Shown: one piece after another, positions 46,701 through 55,218 of the stretch
How the letters are laid out: each line of letters starts with the position of its first letter
How positions within the stretch are numbered: the first letter of the stretch is position 1
Assembly: GCA_902384455.1 (NCBI GenBank)
Contig: CABMCB010000071.1
Span: forward strand, 59,774-123,773
Direction: 5' to 3'
DNA from: an uncultured archaeon
GTDB taxonomy: Archaea; Altiarchaeota; Altiarchaeia; IMC4; SCGC-AAA252-I15
DNA length: 64,000 bases
Notes under the pieces: generated by a model
Told to the model about the DNA's origin: nothing
What the model saw: the letters and a program-made list of their open reading frames with translations, nothing else
The model's database searches: none
Made by a program: the position numbers and the translations under genes

Positions 46701-47555
46701 ATGCCTGAAATAGTAAATCCCTACCGGCGAAGCATTGTGGCAGCGGCCTGCTTAACGCTCGCTTTCTCAGCTCCAGCCGCAGCAGCATTAGCACTCGTAG
46801 TCCTTCTCGGATGGACTCCAATAATCCTTTTTTTCGCGGCCGCATTCTGGGGCCTATTATACCTGGCGTTGCTCATCACGTGGTTTATGGGCGTAAGAGA
46901 CAAGCGCAGAATCCGCGAATTCCTCGAAAGCACCCGCCCCCTCATAAGGTGGACGTACATGGAACACGAATGGAACGAAATCGCGCAAAAAGAGTGGGCC
47001 GAGGAAAAAGACGACTGGAAAATCCAGATATTCGGCCTGACATTCATATTCGGCTTGGTAGGAGTGTTAACCGGCTTAATGCTTCTTGATGAAGACATAT
47101 TCTTCCTGCCGATGTGTTCGGCCGTGGGCATTGGCGGAGGATTCCTTCTCGGCGTTGTTATCGCGGCATCAAACTACTTGGCCGCGAAAATTGATTATGC
47201 GACAAGCAAGCCGGTTGTGGCTTTAGGCGAAAACGAAATATACTACGGCGGCCAGTATTTCAGGGCGAACGGCGGCAACTACGCAATCAGAAACGTCGCA
47301 TTAAACAAAGGGCCCCCGGCGACTTTAGAAATACAGGTTTATTCCCATCCTTCATTCTCCAAGACGCACGGCGACCTGACGTGGACGATTCAAATACCCC
47401 CTCAACTGGTCAAAGAAGTCGAACTGCGAATCCCCTCAATCAAAGTAGTCAAAGACGATTTTGAGGAAGACCTGTCCGACTTAGACGAAGCCGAAGAAAA
47501 CAGCAGCAACGAACCCGTAAAATCCCCTGAAACGCGCAAGAGGGGCCTAGAATAA
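46701..47555 (+). CDS. Hypothetical integral membrane protein (4 TM) with an acidic C-terminal tail
   Basis: Hydrophobic segments at about 10-35, 40-65, 115-140 and 145-170. C-terminal 'EEDLSDLDEAEENSSNEP'. Confidence 0.45.
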   Translation: MPEIVNPYRRSIVAAACLTLAFSAPAAAALALVVLLGWTPIILFFAAAFWGLLYLALLITWFMGVRDKRRIREFLESTRPLIRWTYMEHEWNEIAQKEWAEEKDDWKIQIFGLTFIFGLVGVLTGLMLLDEDIFFLPMCSAVGIGGGFLLGVVIAASNYLAAKIDYATSKPVVALGENEIYYGGQYFRANGGNYAIRNVALNKGPPATLEIQVYSHPSFSKTHGDLTWTIQIPPQLVKEVELRIPSIKVVKDDFEEDLSDLDEAEENSSNEPVKSPETRKRGLE

Positions 47556-47621
47556 TCCGGCAGACTTCTCAACAACTTTTATCCCTTCGAACACAAGAAC
47601 TGAACCATCCAACACTCACCA

Positions 47622-48749
47622 ATGAAAGTCCTCATCTTCACATGCGGAGAAGGCCTAGGCCACGCGACCCGGTGCATATCCATAGGCCGGCAGCTTGTTG
47701 AGTCCGGCCACGAAGTCGCGTTCGGCTCATACGGTTACTCCAAGAAAATAATCGAGGACTCAGGGTACAAAGCATATACTGTTCCCCCTGAAATGACTCT
47801 CGTAGGTAAAGACGGAGCCTTCGACCTTGTCGCATCCGTAAGCTCCTCCATACGGCACACCAGCCCCCTTGGCGTGGCATCAGTGTTGAAGACAGTGGAC
47901 GAAGTCAAACCGGACGTAATACTGTCCGACAGCTACATGCTGGGCGTTTTGGCGGGAAAAATAAGGAAAACAAAATCGCTCCTACTGCTAAACCAAATGA
48001 ACATGGTGGCCTTCTTCCAGAACCGCAGCCTGCCGATTCAAGCCGTGGGAAAAGTGGCGAAACTATTCTACGTAAGGGCATTTGAGCACGTGGAAAAAAT
48101 CCTCATCCCAGACTTTAAGCCGCCGCAAACAATATGCGCCAAAAACCTCTCCTTCACAAAAAAGATGACGGAAAAAACAGAGTTCGTAGGACCTCTTGTC
48201 CGGCGGAAATACTCTGAGGAAGCGGAACTGCCGCTGCGCAAACCCCAAGTACTGTCCATGATTGGCGGATTCGGATACAGGGAGGGCTTGCTCAGAAACA
48301 CCGTCAGAGCCGCCTCATTGGACGACAGCATCAATTACACCCTGCTTATGGGCCCAAACATAGACTCAAAAATATTCTCTCAGGCAGGAAGAAACGTCGA
48401 AACACTCGAATTAATGGTCAACCCCTTTTCCCGCCTAAAATCCTCGGACCTCGTTATAGCCCCAGGCGGACACAGCACAATAATGGAATGCATGTCCTAC
48501 GGGAAACCAATGCTATCAGTCCCAGACGCCAACCAAGTAGAGCAGGAAAACAACGCTCAGATGCTAGAAGAACTGGGCTTGGGAAAAAGAATAAGCTACG
48601 CAACACCCCCGGAAAAAATGGTCGAACACATAAAAGAAATACTCGCAGACGCCAAAATGAAAGAAAGATGCGAAAAAATGAGGCAAATATCCGAAGAAAT
48701 GGACGGCCCCAAAAAAGTCGTCGATATTCTTACGAAGTATTCAAGCTAA
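47622..48749 (+). CDS. Glycosyltransferase, GT1/GT28 (MGT/MurG-like) family
   Basis: C-terminal nucleotide-sugar binding motif 'APGGHSTIMECMSYGKPMLSVP'. N-terminus 'MKVLIFTCGEGLGHATRCISIG'. Confidence 0.75.
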   Translation: MKVLIFTCGEGLGHATRCISIGRQLVESGHEVAFGSYGYSKKIIEDSGYKAYTVPPEMTLVGKDGAFDLVASVSSSIRHTSPLGVASVLKTVDEVKPDVILSDSYMLGVLAGKIRKTKSLLLLNQMNMVAFFQNRSLPIQAVGKVAKLFYVRAFEHVEKILIPDFKPPQTICAKNLSFTKKMTEKTEFVGPLVRRKYSEEAELPLRKPQVLSMIGGFGYREGLLRNTVRAASLDDSINYTLLMGPNIDSKIFSQAGRNVETLELMVNPFSRLKSSDLVIAPGGHSTIMECMSYGKPMLSVPDANQVEQENNAQMLEELGLGKRISYATPPEKMVEHIKEILADAKMKERCEKMRQISEEMDGPKKVVDILTKYSS

Positions 48750-49561
48750 TCCAGGCATAATACGGCGTCTACCCTTCCGTTGTTGACGTAGGCGTTGCAG
48801 CCGACGGTCATCATCCAACTGGTGCATCTGCCTTTTGTTATAAGCGGCCTATCAAGCTTTTCTCCAATCAACTCCTGCGGCAGTTCGGCTATGCACGCGC
48901 CAACGCACTCGCTTTGGCCGGAACACTCCTTTCCTCCGTCAGGTGTTGGAAGATTACACTGCGGCTTAGGATTCAAGCCCATTGGCCCCCACTTACCCCC
49001 GACTACGACGCAAGAATCCTTGTCCGACGGCGTAACATGTTGGGGCGCAAGCAAAGACCCGTTTACTTGAGCCCACCTGCAAGAGTTATTCTCACAGCGG
49101 CAGCCTAAGCCGTACGCAGCCGCATTGTAGCACTCCCTGTATTCGCAGGTGGAAACCAAAGGCTCATCATTTTTAGACTGGCATATTTGTCCTGAACATC
49201 CGCCAGCGACGCAATCGCCGTCAATCCTACAAGCCCCCTCAGTGGATCTGCCGCAGAACCCTCCTGTTTTGTTGACTGAAGACGTATCGTTTCTCCCGCC
49301 TAACGGAACGCAACTTCTCCCGTTACTGATATAAAACGACCATTCCTCGCATACTCTACCGTCCGCAAGAACGCAGTAAACCGCCTGACCCGCGGCTGTT
49401 TCATTCACAAGTATTCTTCCGCTTTGGTTGAGGCAATAAGCCGCCGCTGGATTAGCAATGCTAGTCACATTCTCGCCTCCCTCGCTTATGCAACCAGAAA
49501 TAAAGCAGGAAGCCAGCAAAACCCAAATCATCACCCGTGAACTGCCAGTCATATACGTCAA
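48746..49561 (-). CDS. Secreted Cys-rich protein with a DUF333-like domain
   Basis: 'ANPAAAYCLNQSGRILVNETAAGQAVYCVLADGRVCEEWSFYISNGRSC' closely parallels the DUF333 consensus (…NPAAVYC…GG…YCxLPDGSxCEEWAFxRGEC). Further Cys-rich modules sit toward the C-terminus. Confidence 0.55.
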   Translation of the reverse strand: MTYMTGSSRVMIWVLLASCFISGCISEGGENVTSIANPAAAYCLNQSGRILVNETAAGQAVYCVLADGRVCEEWSFYISNGRSCVPLGGRNDTSSVNKTGGFCGRSTEGACRIDGDCVAGGCSGQICQSKNDEPLVSTCEYRECYNAAAYGLGCRCENNSCRWAQVNGSLLAPQHVTPSDKDSCVVVGGKWGPMGLNPKPQCNLPTPDGGKECSGQSECVGACIAELPQELIGEKLDRPLITKGRCTSWMMTVGCNAYVNNGRVDAVLCLD

Positions 49562-49624
49562 TATGTTATGCTTTTTTCCCGGCTATTAAAGGGTAAGCTT
49601 TGTTCCAACAAACTGAAATGTCAG

Positions 49625-49963
49625 TCAATTCAGCTGGCATCCTGAGGGCGCTATCATCAAGACGACAAAGACCGCGATTTGAACTATTATGAGGCCGATT
49701 ATAGCGTGTATTATGGATGAGTATGCGCTGCTTTTGCGTTCTTTGTCGTGTCCGCTGGTCATGACCTTTAGTCCCTGCAGGGTGATGACCAAGGCGGCTA
49801 CTCCTCCGGCTATGTAATACATGAATTTTACTGCAGTGTTTAGCAGAGGGCATATTAGTTGGAGAGCGCTGCTTGCGTCTGTGGTTTGTGCTTGTGTTGA
49901 TGTGGCGGCGGCTATTAGTGCTGTTGCGGCTGCCATAAGTGTCAATGTTTTTTGCAGGTTCAT
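49625..49963 (-). CDS. Small secreted two-helix membrane protein with VirB2/TrbC-like topology
   Basis: Long signal peptide 'MNLQKTLTLMAAATALIAAATSTQA'. Two hydrophobic helices are separated by the charged loop 'SGHDKERKSS'. 112 aa. Confidence 0.4.
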   Translation of the reverse strand: MNLQKTLTLMAAATALIAAATSTQAQTTDASSALQLICPLLNTAVKFMYYIAGGVAALVITLQGLKVMTSGHDKERKSSAYSSIIHAIIGLIIVQIAVFVVLMIAPSGCQLN

Positions 49964-50036
49964 CTGTTGGTCGTTACGTAATTGGTTTTAGGTTATAAGT
50001 CTTTGATTTAAGGGCGCATTTTTCGTATTTTGTTTT

Positions 50037-51950
50037 GTGGGTCAGGTGGAACTGCTGTCTCCGGCGGGAAATTGGGATGCGCTTAAGGCGGCAGTCTATA
50101 ATGGGGCAGACGCTGTTTATTTCGGTGCGGGTCGCTTTAATGCTCGGCGTAGGGCCGAGAATTTTTCGGTTGAGGATTTGCCCAAAGTTGTTGGTTTTTG
50201 CCATGAGAATGGCGTTAGGTCCTATTTGGCTGCGAACACGCTTGTGAAAAATGGCGAGTTGAAGGAGTATTTTGATTTGGTTTCTGCTGCGTATTTGGCT
50301 GGAGTTGATGCGGTTATCATTCAGGAGGTCTCTTTTATCCCGCTTATTAGGAAGCATTTTCCCCATCTTTTAGTGCACGTTTCGACGCAGGCGGGGGTAT
50401 TCAATTCGTACTTTAAGGAGGTGCTTGAGGGCGCTGACCTTGTTGTGCTTCCTCGCGAGTTCACTTTAAGTCAGGTCAGGGATTTCAGGGAAAAAACGGG
50501 TATTCCAGTAGAAGTTTTCGTCCAGGGAGCTCTTTGCTTTAGCGTGGGGGGGCAGTGCTTGATGTCTAGTTTCCTGGGCGGGCGAAGCGGCAACCGCGGC
50601 TGGTGCGCTCAGCCGTGCAGGAAGCTCTATAATGGAAAGTACGCCCTCTCAACAAAGGACTTATGCTTAATCAGAGATTTGCCGGCGCTTGTTTCGGCAG
50701 GTGTCAGTTCGCTAAAAATTGAGGGCAGACTGCGCAGTCCAGAATACGTGGGCGCAACTACTGCGCTATACAGGAGAGCGTTGGATTCCATATCCTACGG
50801 GAATTTTAGCGTTGATGAAGACGCTTTTTCCGACGTCGCCCTCGAATTCAACAGGGATTTCACCAAAGGCCTGATGTTCAAGGACTCAGACGTAGTTAAC
50901 CCTGTTGCGGCCGGCAAGAGAGGCGTGCGTTTGGGCACTCTTGGAAGGGGCGGTTTAATCAGGATTGAGGCGCAAATCAAGGTGGGCGACGGCGTAGGAG
51001 TAGTTTCAGGGGAAAATATTCACGGCGACTTAATCCGAAAGATAGAGCAAAAAGGAGTCTTAGTTGAGGGAGCAGAAAAAAACCAGCAAGTTAGACTTTT
51101 CCTTAACGCCAAGGAAGGCGACGAAATCTATTTGACCTCCGGCGCCAACCGCAGGAAAACGCAAGCGTTGAAAAAAAAGACGCCAATCACAGCAAACCGG
51201 CAAAAGCCCTCTGAAGTGATACTCCCTGCAGGGGGCGGCAAATTCTCAGACATCAAACTACTGGTGAAAACACATTCGCTTGAGGATGCGGACGAAGCGA
51301 TTGCGGCGGGTGCTGATGTGGCGTATTACAGCATCTTCGCAAAAGATTTCCCCCGGGCAGATTCGCCAGTAAGCCCTTATGTCCCGCGGTGCCTTACTGA
51401 ATGGAACGCTAAGAACGCACTTGATTTAATTGATGCAATTAATCCTGCATCAGTTCTATGCGGCGACTTGGGCGTTGCGGTTCACATCCAAAACAGGGAA
51501 GTCTACGGGGACATTTCAATCAACGCCTTCAACGACTTAGACGTCGGATTCCTTAATGAACGCGGAATAACACCCGTCATTTCCCCGGAATTATCTCTGT
51601 CGGAGCTTGCTGGTTTATCTGACAAACGCTTCGCAGTTTACGCTCATGGCAGACTGCCTCTTATGACAACCAAATACCTCCTGAACGAAGAAAAGCTAGC
51701 CGACGAAAAAGGATATGTCTTCCCCGTACGCGGCGAACTCGACTACAAGCAAGTGCTAAACAGCGTGCCTATCGGTCTTTACGGCGAAATCCTAAAGTTG
51801 AAGGAGGCGGGGATTGTGCGGTATCTCCTTGATTTAGAAAACGACATTTCTGAAACAGTGCACGCATACAGGCAGATAATCTCCGGCGAAAAAGTGAAAA
51901 AACACCCCGGAACTTACACGCTAGGCCATCTAAAAAAAGGGGTTGAATAA
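50037..51950 (+). CDS. Peptidase U32 family protein with a long C-terminal extension
   Basis: U32 signature region 'VEVFVQGALCFSVGGQCLMSS…CAQPCRK'. GTG start. At 637 aa it is about 200 aa longer than typical U32 proteins. Confidence 0.75.
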   Translation: MGQVELLSPAGNWDALKAAVYNGADAVYFGAGRFNARRRAENFSVEDLPKVVGFCHENGVRSYLAANTLVKNGELKEYFDLVSAAYLAGVDAVIIQEVSFIPLIRKHFPHLLVHVSTQAGVFNSYFKEVLEGADLVVLPREFTLSQVRDFREKTGIPVEVFVQGALCFSVGGQCLMSSFLGGRSGNRGWCAQPCRKLYNGKYALSTKDLCLIRDLPALVSAGVSSLKIEGRLRSPEYVGATTALYRRALDSISYGNFSVDEDAFSDVALEFNRDFTKGLMFKDSDVVNPVAAGKRGVRLGTLGRGGLIRIEAQIKVGDGVGVVSGENIHGDLIRKIEQKGVLVEGAEKNQQVRLFLNAKEGDEIYLTSGANRRKTQALKKKTPITANRQKPSEVILPAGGGKFSDIKLLVKTHSLEDADEAIAAGADVAYYSIFAKDFPRADSPVSPYVPRCLTEWNAKNALDLIDAINPASVLCGDLGVAVHIQNREVYGDISINAFNDLDVGFLNERGITPVISPELSLSELAGLSDKRFAVYAHGRLPLMTTKYLLNEEKLADEKGYVFPVRGELDYKQVLNSVPIGLYGEILKLKEAGIVRYLLDLENDISETVHAYRQIISGEKVKKHPGTYTLGHLKKGVE

Positions 51951-51968
51951 TCCATTAACTCGTCCCCA

Positions 51969-53465
51969 TCATTCCACATGCACTTTTGCGGAAGAATTAA
52001 TGTTTTTCACCTTGATAGTCAGCGAAGCCCAAGACCCTATAAAAAGAAGCCATGCCGCAACAGTGAACACAGTCCTATACGCCAAAATCTGCGCCTTAAG
52101 CGGTATAAGAACGGCCACAGAACCGTAAACAGCAGGGTCTGTCGTGTGAACGATGCTGTTTTGAGCTAAGGCCAAAACATTGCTTTCGGTTGCATACGTA
52201 AGTAGCGTCGCAAAAAAAGCAATTCCAAAAGCGCCAGCAATATTGCGCGCCAAAGCAAGAACAGACGAAGCAACCCCAATCTCATCCGTAGGCACTGAAG
52301 AAGCTATGATGTTGGTCCTAGCCGCCATCCCGAAACCCATTCCAAAGGCCATGACGCTCACGGGAAGTATTATGTCAGTAGCCGGCGAACGAGGGTCCAG
52401 GCGGGTGAAAAGAAGCATACCAATTGACGCCACAAGCGTGCTAGCAAAGATTATGTAACGCGGCTGAATTCTCCCCGTAAGGTTCCCGCCCAAAGGCGCA
52501 GCAAGCATCATCATAAACGCCATAGGCATGAAAAGATAGCCCGTCTGGGTAGCCGAATACCCAAGGAAAGTTTGGGCAAACACCGGAATAATAAATACTC
52601 CCCCCATCATGGCCATGAAAACAATAAAGTTGTTGGCGAGAGTCGCCACAAAAACATTCTGCCTGAAAAACTTGAAGTCCACGATAGGCTCAGGATGACG
52701 GGAATCAATCCGATAAAATATGCAGGCAAAAACAATCACGGTAACGTACGACAAAACGCTGCTTACAGAAAGCCAACCCCAATCCTGACCCCTGTCCAAA
52801 ACAAGAACAAGAGCCGACAAAGTAATGCCCAAAGTCAAAGCGCCCCAAACGTCAAAATGAACAGTCTTCTTCTCCGAAACGGACTCCTTCACAAAAATAA
52901 GCGCCATAGCAAGCCCAATAATCCCCACCGGAAGATTAACCAGAAAAACACTCCTCCAACCAAAATTATCTATCAGCGGCCCGCCAATCAAAGGCCCAAA
53001 AACAGTAGCCGCAGCAAAAGCACTCGACCAAATACCAAGAGCCTGAGCCCTCTCCCGCCCCTCCCTAAAAGTGACTGCCACAATAGCCATGGCAGTCGGA
53101 TAATCAGCCGAACCCGCAATCGCCTGTATTATACGAAAGACTATCAGGGACTTGAGATCCCAAGCAAATCCCGCCAAAATAGAGCCGAATATGAACAGGG
53201 TAAAACCCATTATGTAAACCTTCTTCCGGCCTATGGTGTCTCCAAGCTTGCCCCAAATGGGGACAAAGATGGCGTTCGCCAAAATGTAGGCCGTCGCAAT
53301 CCAGCCGGCTGAGGAAACAGTAATGTTAAACTCCTGAATAATCTTGGGCAACGCCAAGTTCACTATAGTCTGATCAAGCCGGCCCAAAAAAGTCCCTATT
53401 ATGACCGTGAGAAGAATCCACCACTTAAGGCCATTCCCGTTTTCGGACTGGCTTTGTTCGTTCAT
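51969..53465 (-). CDS. MFS transporter, DHA2 (EmrB/QacA) 14-TMS drug:H+ antiporter family
   Basis: 498 aa with 14 hydrophobic segments. MFS motif A-like 'GKLGDTIGRKKV'. Confidence 0.8.
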   Translation of the reverse strand: MNEQSQSENGNGLKWWILLTVIIGTFLGRLDQTIVNLALPKIIQEFNITVSSAGWIATAYILANAIFVPIWGKLGDTIGRKKVYIMGFTLFIFGSILAGFAWDLKSLIVFRIIQAIAGSADYPTAMAIVAVTFREGRERAQALGIWSSAFAAATVFGPLIGGPLIDNFGWRSVFLVNLPVGIIGLAMALIFVKESVSEKKTVHFDVWGALTLGITLSALVLVLDRGQDWGWLSVSSVLSYVTVIVFACIFYRIDSRHPEPIVDFKFFRQNVFVATLANNFIVFMAMMGGVFIIPVFAQTFLGYSATQTGYLFMPMAFMMMLAAPLGGNLTGRIQPRYIIFASTLVASIGMLLFTRLDPRSPATDIILPVSVMAFGMGFGMAARTNIIASSVPTDEIGVASSVLALARNIAGAFGIAFFATLLTYATESNVLALAQNSIVHTTDPAVYGSVAVLIPLKAQILAYRTVFTVAAWLLFIGSWASLTIKVKNINSSAKVHVE

Positions 53466-53471
53466 GAGTCC

Positions 53472-54200
53472 TTACTTGTAGACCAGCATTTTCGCTGACA
53501 TGCCGTTCCTCAGTTCCGGATACAGGTCGCCGTCGAACGTCGCTTTCACGTCAAATTCTTTTTCCTGTCTCTTGTCTGAAATGCTGAAGACAATGTCTGA
53601 TTCCCTCGACGTGGGACTTATGCTGTCTATGACGCCATTATACTCCTTAGGTCCGAAAGCGTCAACAGTAAAAACCACTTTTTGGCCGACGCGAATTTCG
53701 CTCAAACCTTTGTCTTCCTCAATCCTGCCTACGACCCTAAATTCCCTGGGGTCGATCATCTGGACTACCGGCGTCTGAGCGCTGACTATTTGGCCTGGAG
53801 TATTTGTCACAGCAACAATTATTCCGTTTGTCTGGGCTCTAATGGGGATGCCGCCGACTTCGGCAACAACGGTGTTCTTGTGCACTACGTCTCCCTCGTT
53901 AACCTTAATCTTATCCAGGGTTCCGGGGACGGAAGGCGAAAGAGAAATTATGGGGGCGTAAATCTCCGCCTTCTCAATGGACACTCTGCTGTCCATAATC
54001 CTAAGTTCAGTCAATATCGCCACTGCCGCAACAAGAACAAGGAAGCCCAGAATCTTCAGGGCCATAGGGCGCGAGACGCGGCCTAATGGGCCTTTCTTGC
54101 CGGGTGGTTTGCCGTTTTCTGTGGTTGTCGCCTCCTGTGCGGTGCCTTCGTCTTTGTGCGTATTATCCTTCGCATGGGCGTATTCGGGTTTTCTGTTCAC
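53472..54200 (-). CDS. HlyD/EmrA-family membrane-fusion protein (short form)
   Basis: N-terminal TM (ILGFLVLVAAVAIL) and a biotin-lipoyl-like/beta-barrel region ('GDVVHKNTVVAEV…GQIVSAQTPVVQM'). It is immediately upstream of the MFS gene. Confidence 0.7.
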   Translation of the reverse strand: MNRKPEYAHAKDNTHKDEGTAQEATTTENGKPPGKKGPLGRVSRPMALKILGFLVLVAAVAILTELRIMDSRVSIEKAEIYAPIISLSPSVPGTLDKIKVNEGDVVHKNTVVAEVGGIPIRAQTNGIIVAVTNTPGQIVSAQTPVVQMIDPREFRVVGRIEEDKGLSEIRVGQKVVFTVDAFGPKEYNGVIDSISPTSRESDIVFSISDKRQEKEFDVKATFDGDLYPELRNGMSAKMLVYK

Positions 54201-54219
54201 TTTTGATTCTACCTCTTAG

Positions 54220-54666
54220 CTAGTCGTCTATTTTTGATAGTATTATCCTTACGTTCTCCAGCGACACCCAGAGGGTCTTTAAGTCGTCGTCGCTTAGGCT
54301 GGAAAGATTTCTCTTTATGTCTTTCTTAATTAGCTTCTTTCGTTCTTTCATAAACCGTTTGCCGCCTTCAGTGATGGCTATGTTCACGATTCGGCGGTCT
54401 TTTTTGTCGGGAAACCTTTTCACCTTACCTTCCTTCACCAGTTTCTCGACCAATGTGGTCATGTTAGGCTTGGAAACGCAAAGTCGCCTGCCAATTTCAG
54501 ACACGGGAAGAGGGCCGTGCTCTATGGTCATGCCTAAAACTTGGTATTGCTGCCGTGAAGGTCTGCCGCAGTTTAGGTGGTGTTCTCCTTTCGCCAGTCT
54601 TCTGTGGAATAAAGGGAAGAACATTAGCGCGTGGTCTGCGATGCAGTCTAGTTCGGTGTCTTTCAT
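54220..54666 (-). CDS. MarR-family transcriptional regulator
   Basis: wHTH 'LPVSEIGRRLCVSKPNMTTLVEKLVKEGKVKRFPDKKDRRIVNIAITEGG'. It is the first gene of the MarR-HlyD-MFS operon. Confidence 0.8.
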   Translation of the reverse strand: MKDTELDCIADHALMFFPLFHRRLAKGEHHLNCGRPSRQQYQVLGMTIEHGPLPVSEIGRRLCVSKPNMTTLVEKLVKEGKVKRFPDKKDRRIVNIAITEGGKRFMKERKKLIKKDIKRNLSSLSDDDLKTLWVSLENVRIILSKIDD

Positions 54667-55008
54667 TACTGTGCAACTATGTAGTTATTAAAAGTAACAA
54701 TTATAACATTATAACCATTTAAATACCTGTTGGTCTGTCGGACTGCCGAGAAAGGGCGCAGACTGGCTGACGTAGTCCCCATAACTTACGCAAAACACCT
54801 TAAAAACATCGCATCAACGTTAATACTGTATTCCTACGCAAAAGCGGCATGAAACTATTACTGGAACTGCCTGTTTTCAAAGAGGTTTTCCCCCTTTTAA
54901 AGGCAATAAAAACCAAGTTCATGGCTGCTATCTATTGAAACTGGTTTCATAGTCGGGGTCTTATCCTGTTTCAGCCTGGTACTACTCATACGATTGAGGT
55001 GATCATTC

Positions 55009-55218
55009 ATGAAAGATTTGAAATTAGAAGTGAAAGGCATGCACTGCCACAGCTGCGAGATGCTCATAGAAGACTCTCTCGCAGAAGTCGCGGGGGTGCG
55101 CAAAGTCAAAGCCGACCACAAAGCCGGTTTAGTCAGAATCACAGCCGACGATTCAGTTAACCTGAACGCAGTGAAGAAGGCGATTGTGAAGGAAGGATAC
55201 GAGGTAGTTGAGGAATGA
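55009..55218 (+). CDS. copZ: Heavy-metal-associated (HMA) copper chaperone
   Basis: 69 aa with 'GMHCHSCEM' metal-binding motif. SD-like 'gaggtga' upstream. Confidence 0.8.
   Translation: MKDLKLEVKGMHCHSCEMLIEDSLAEVAGVRKVKADHKAGLVRITADDSVNLNAVKKAIVKEGYEVVEE

Noticed and set aside
49625-49963. Conjugative pilin (VirB2/TrbC) implying a type IV secretion or conjugation system
   Set aside because: The topology fits, but no VirB4/VirD4/VirB6 or relaxase genes occur in the window. I kept it as a small secreted membrane protein of unknown role.
52572-53312. 246-aa basic ORF inside the MFS transporter gene
   Set aside because: Lys/Arg/Asn-rich artefact antisense to a 14-TMS MFS gene.
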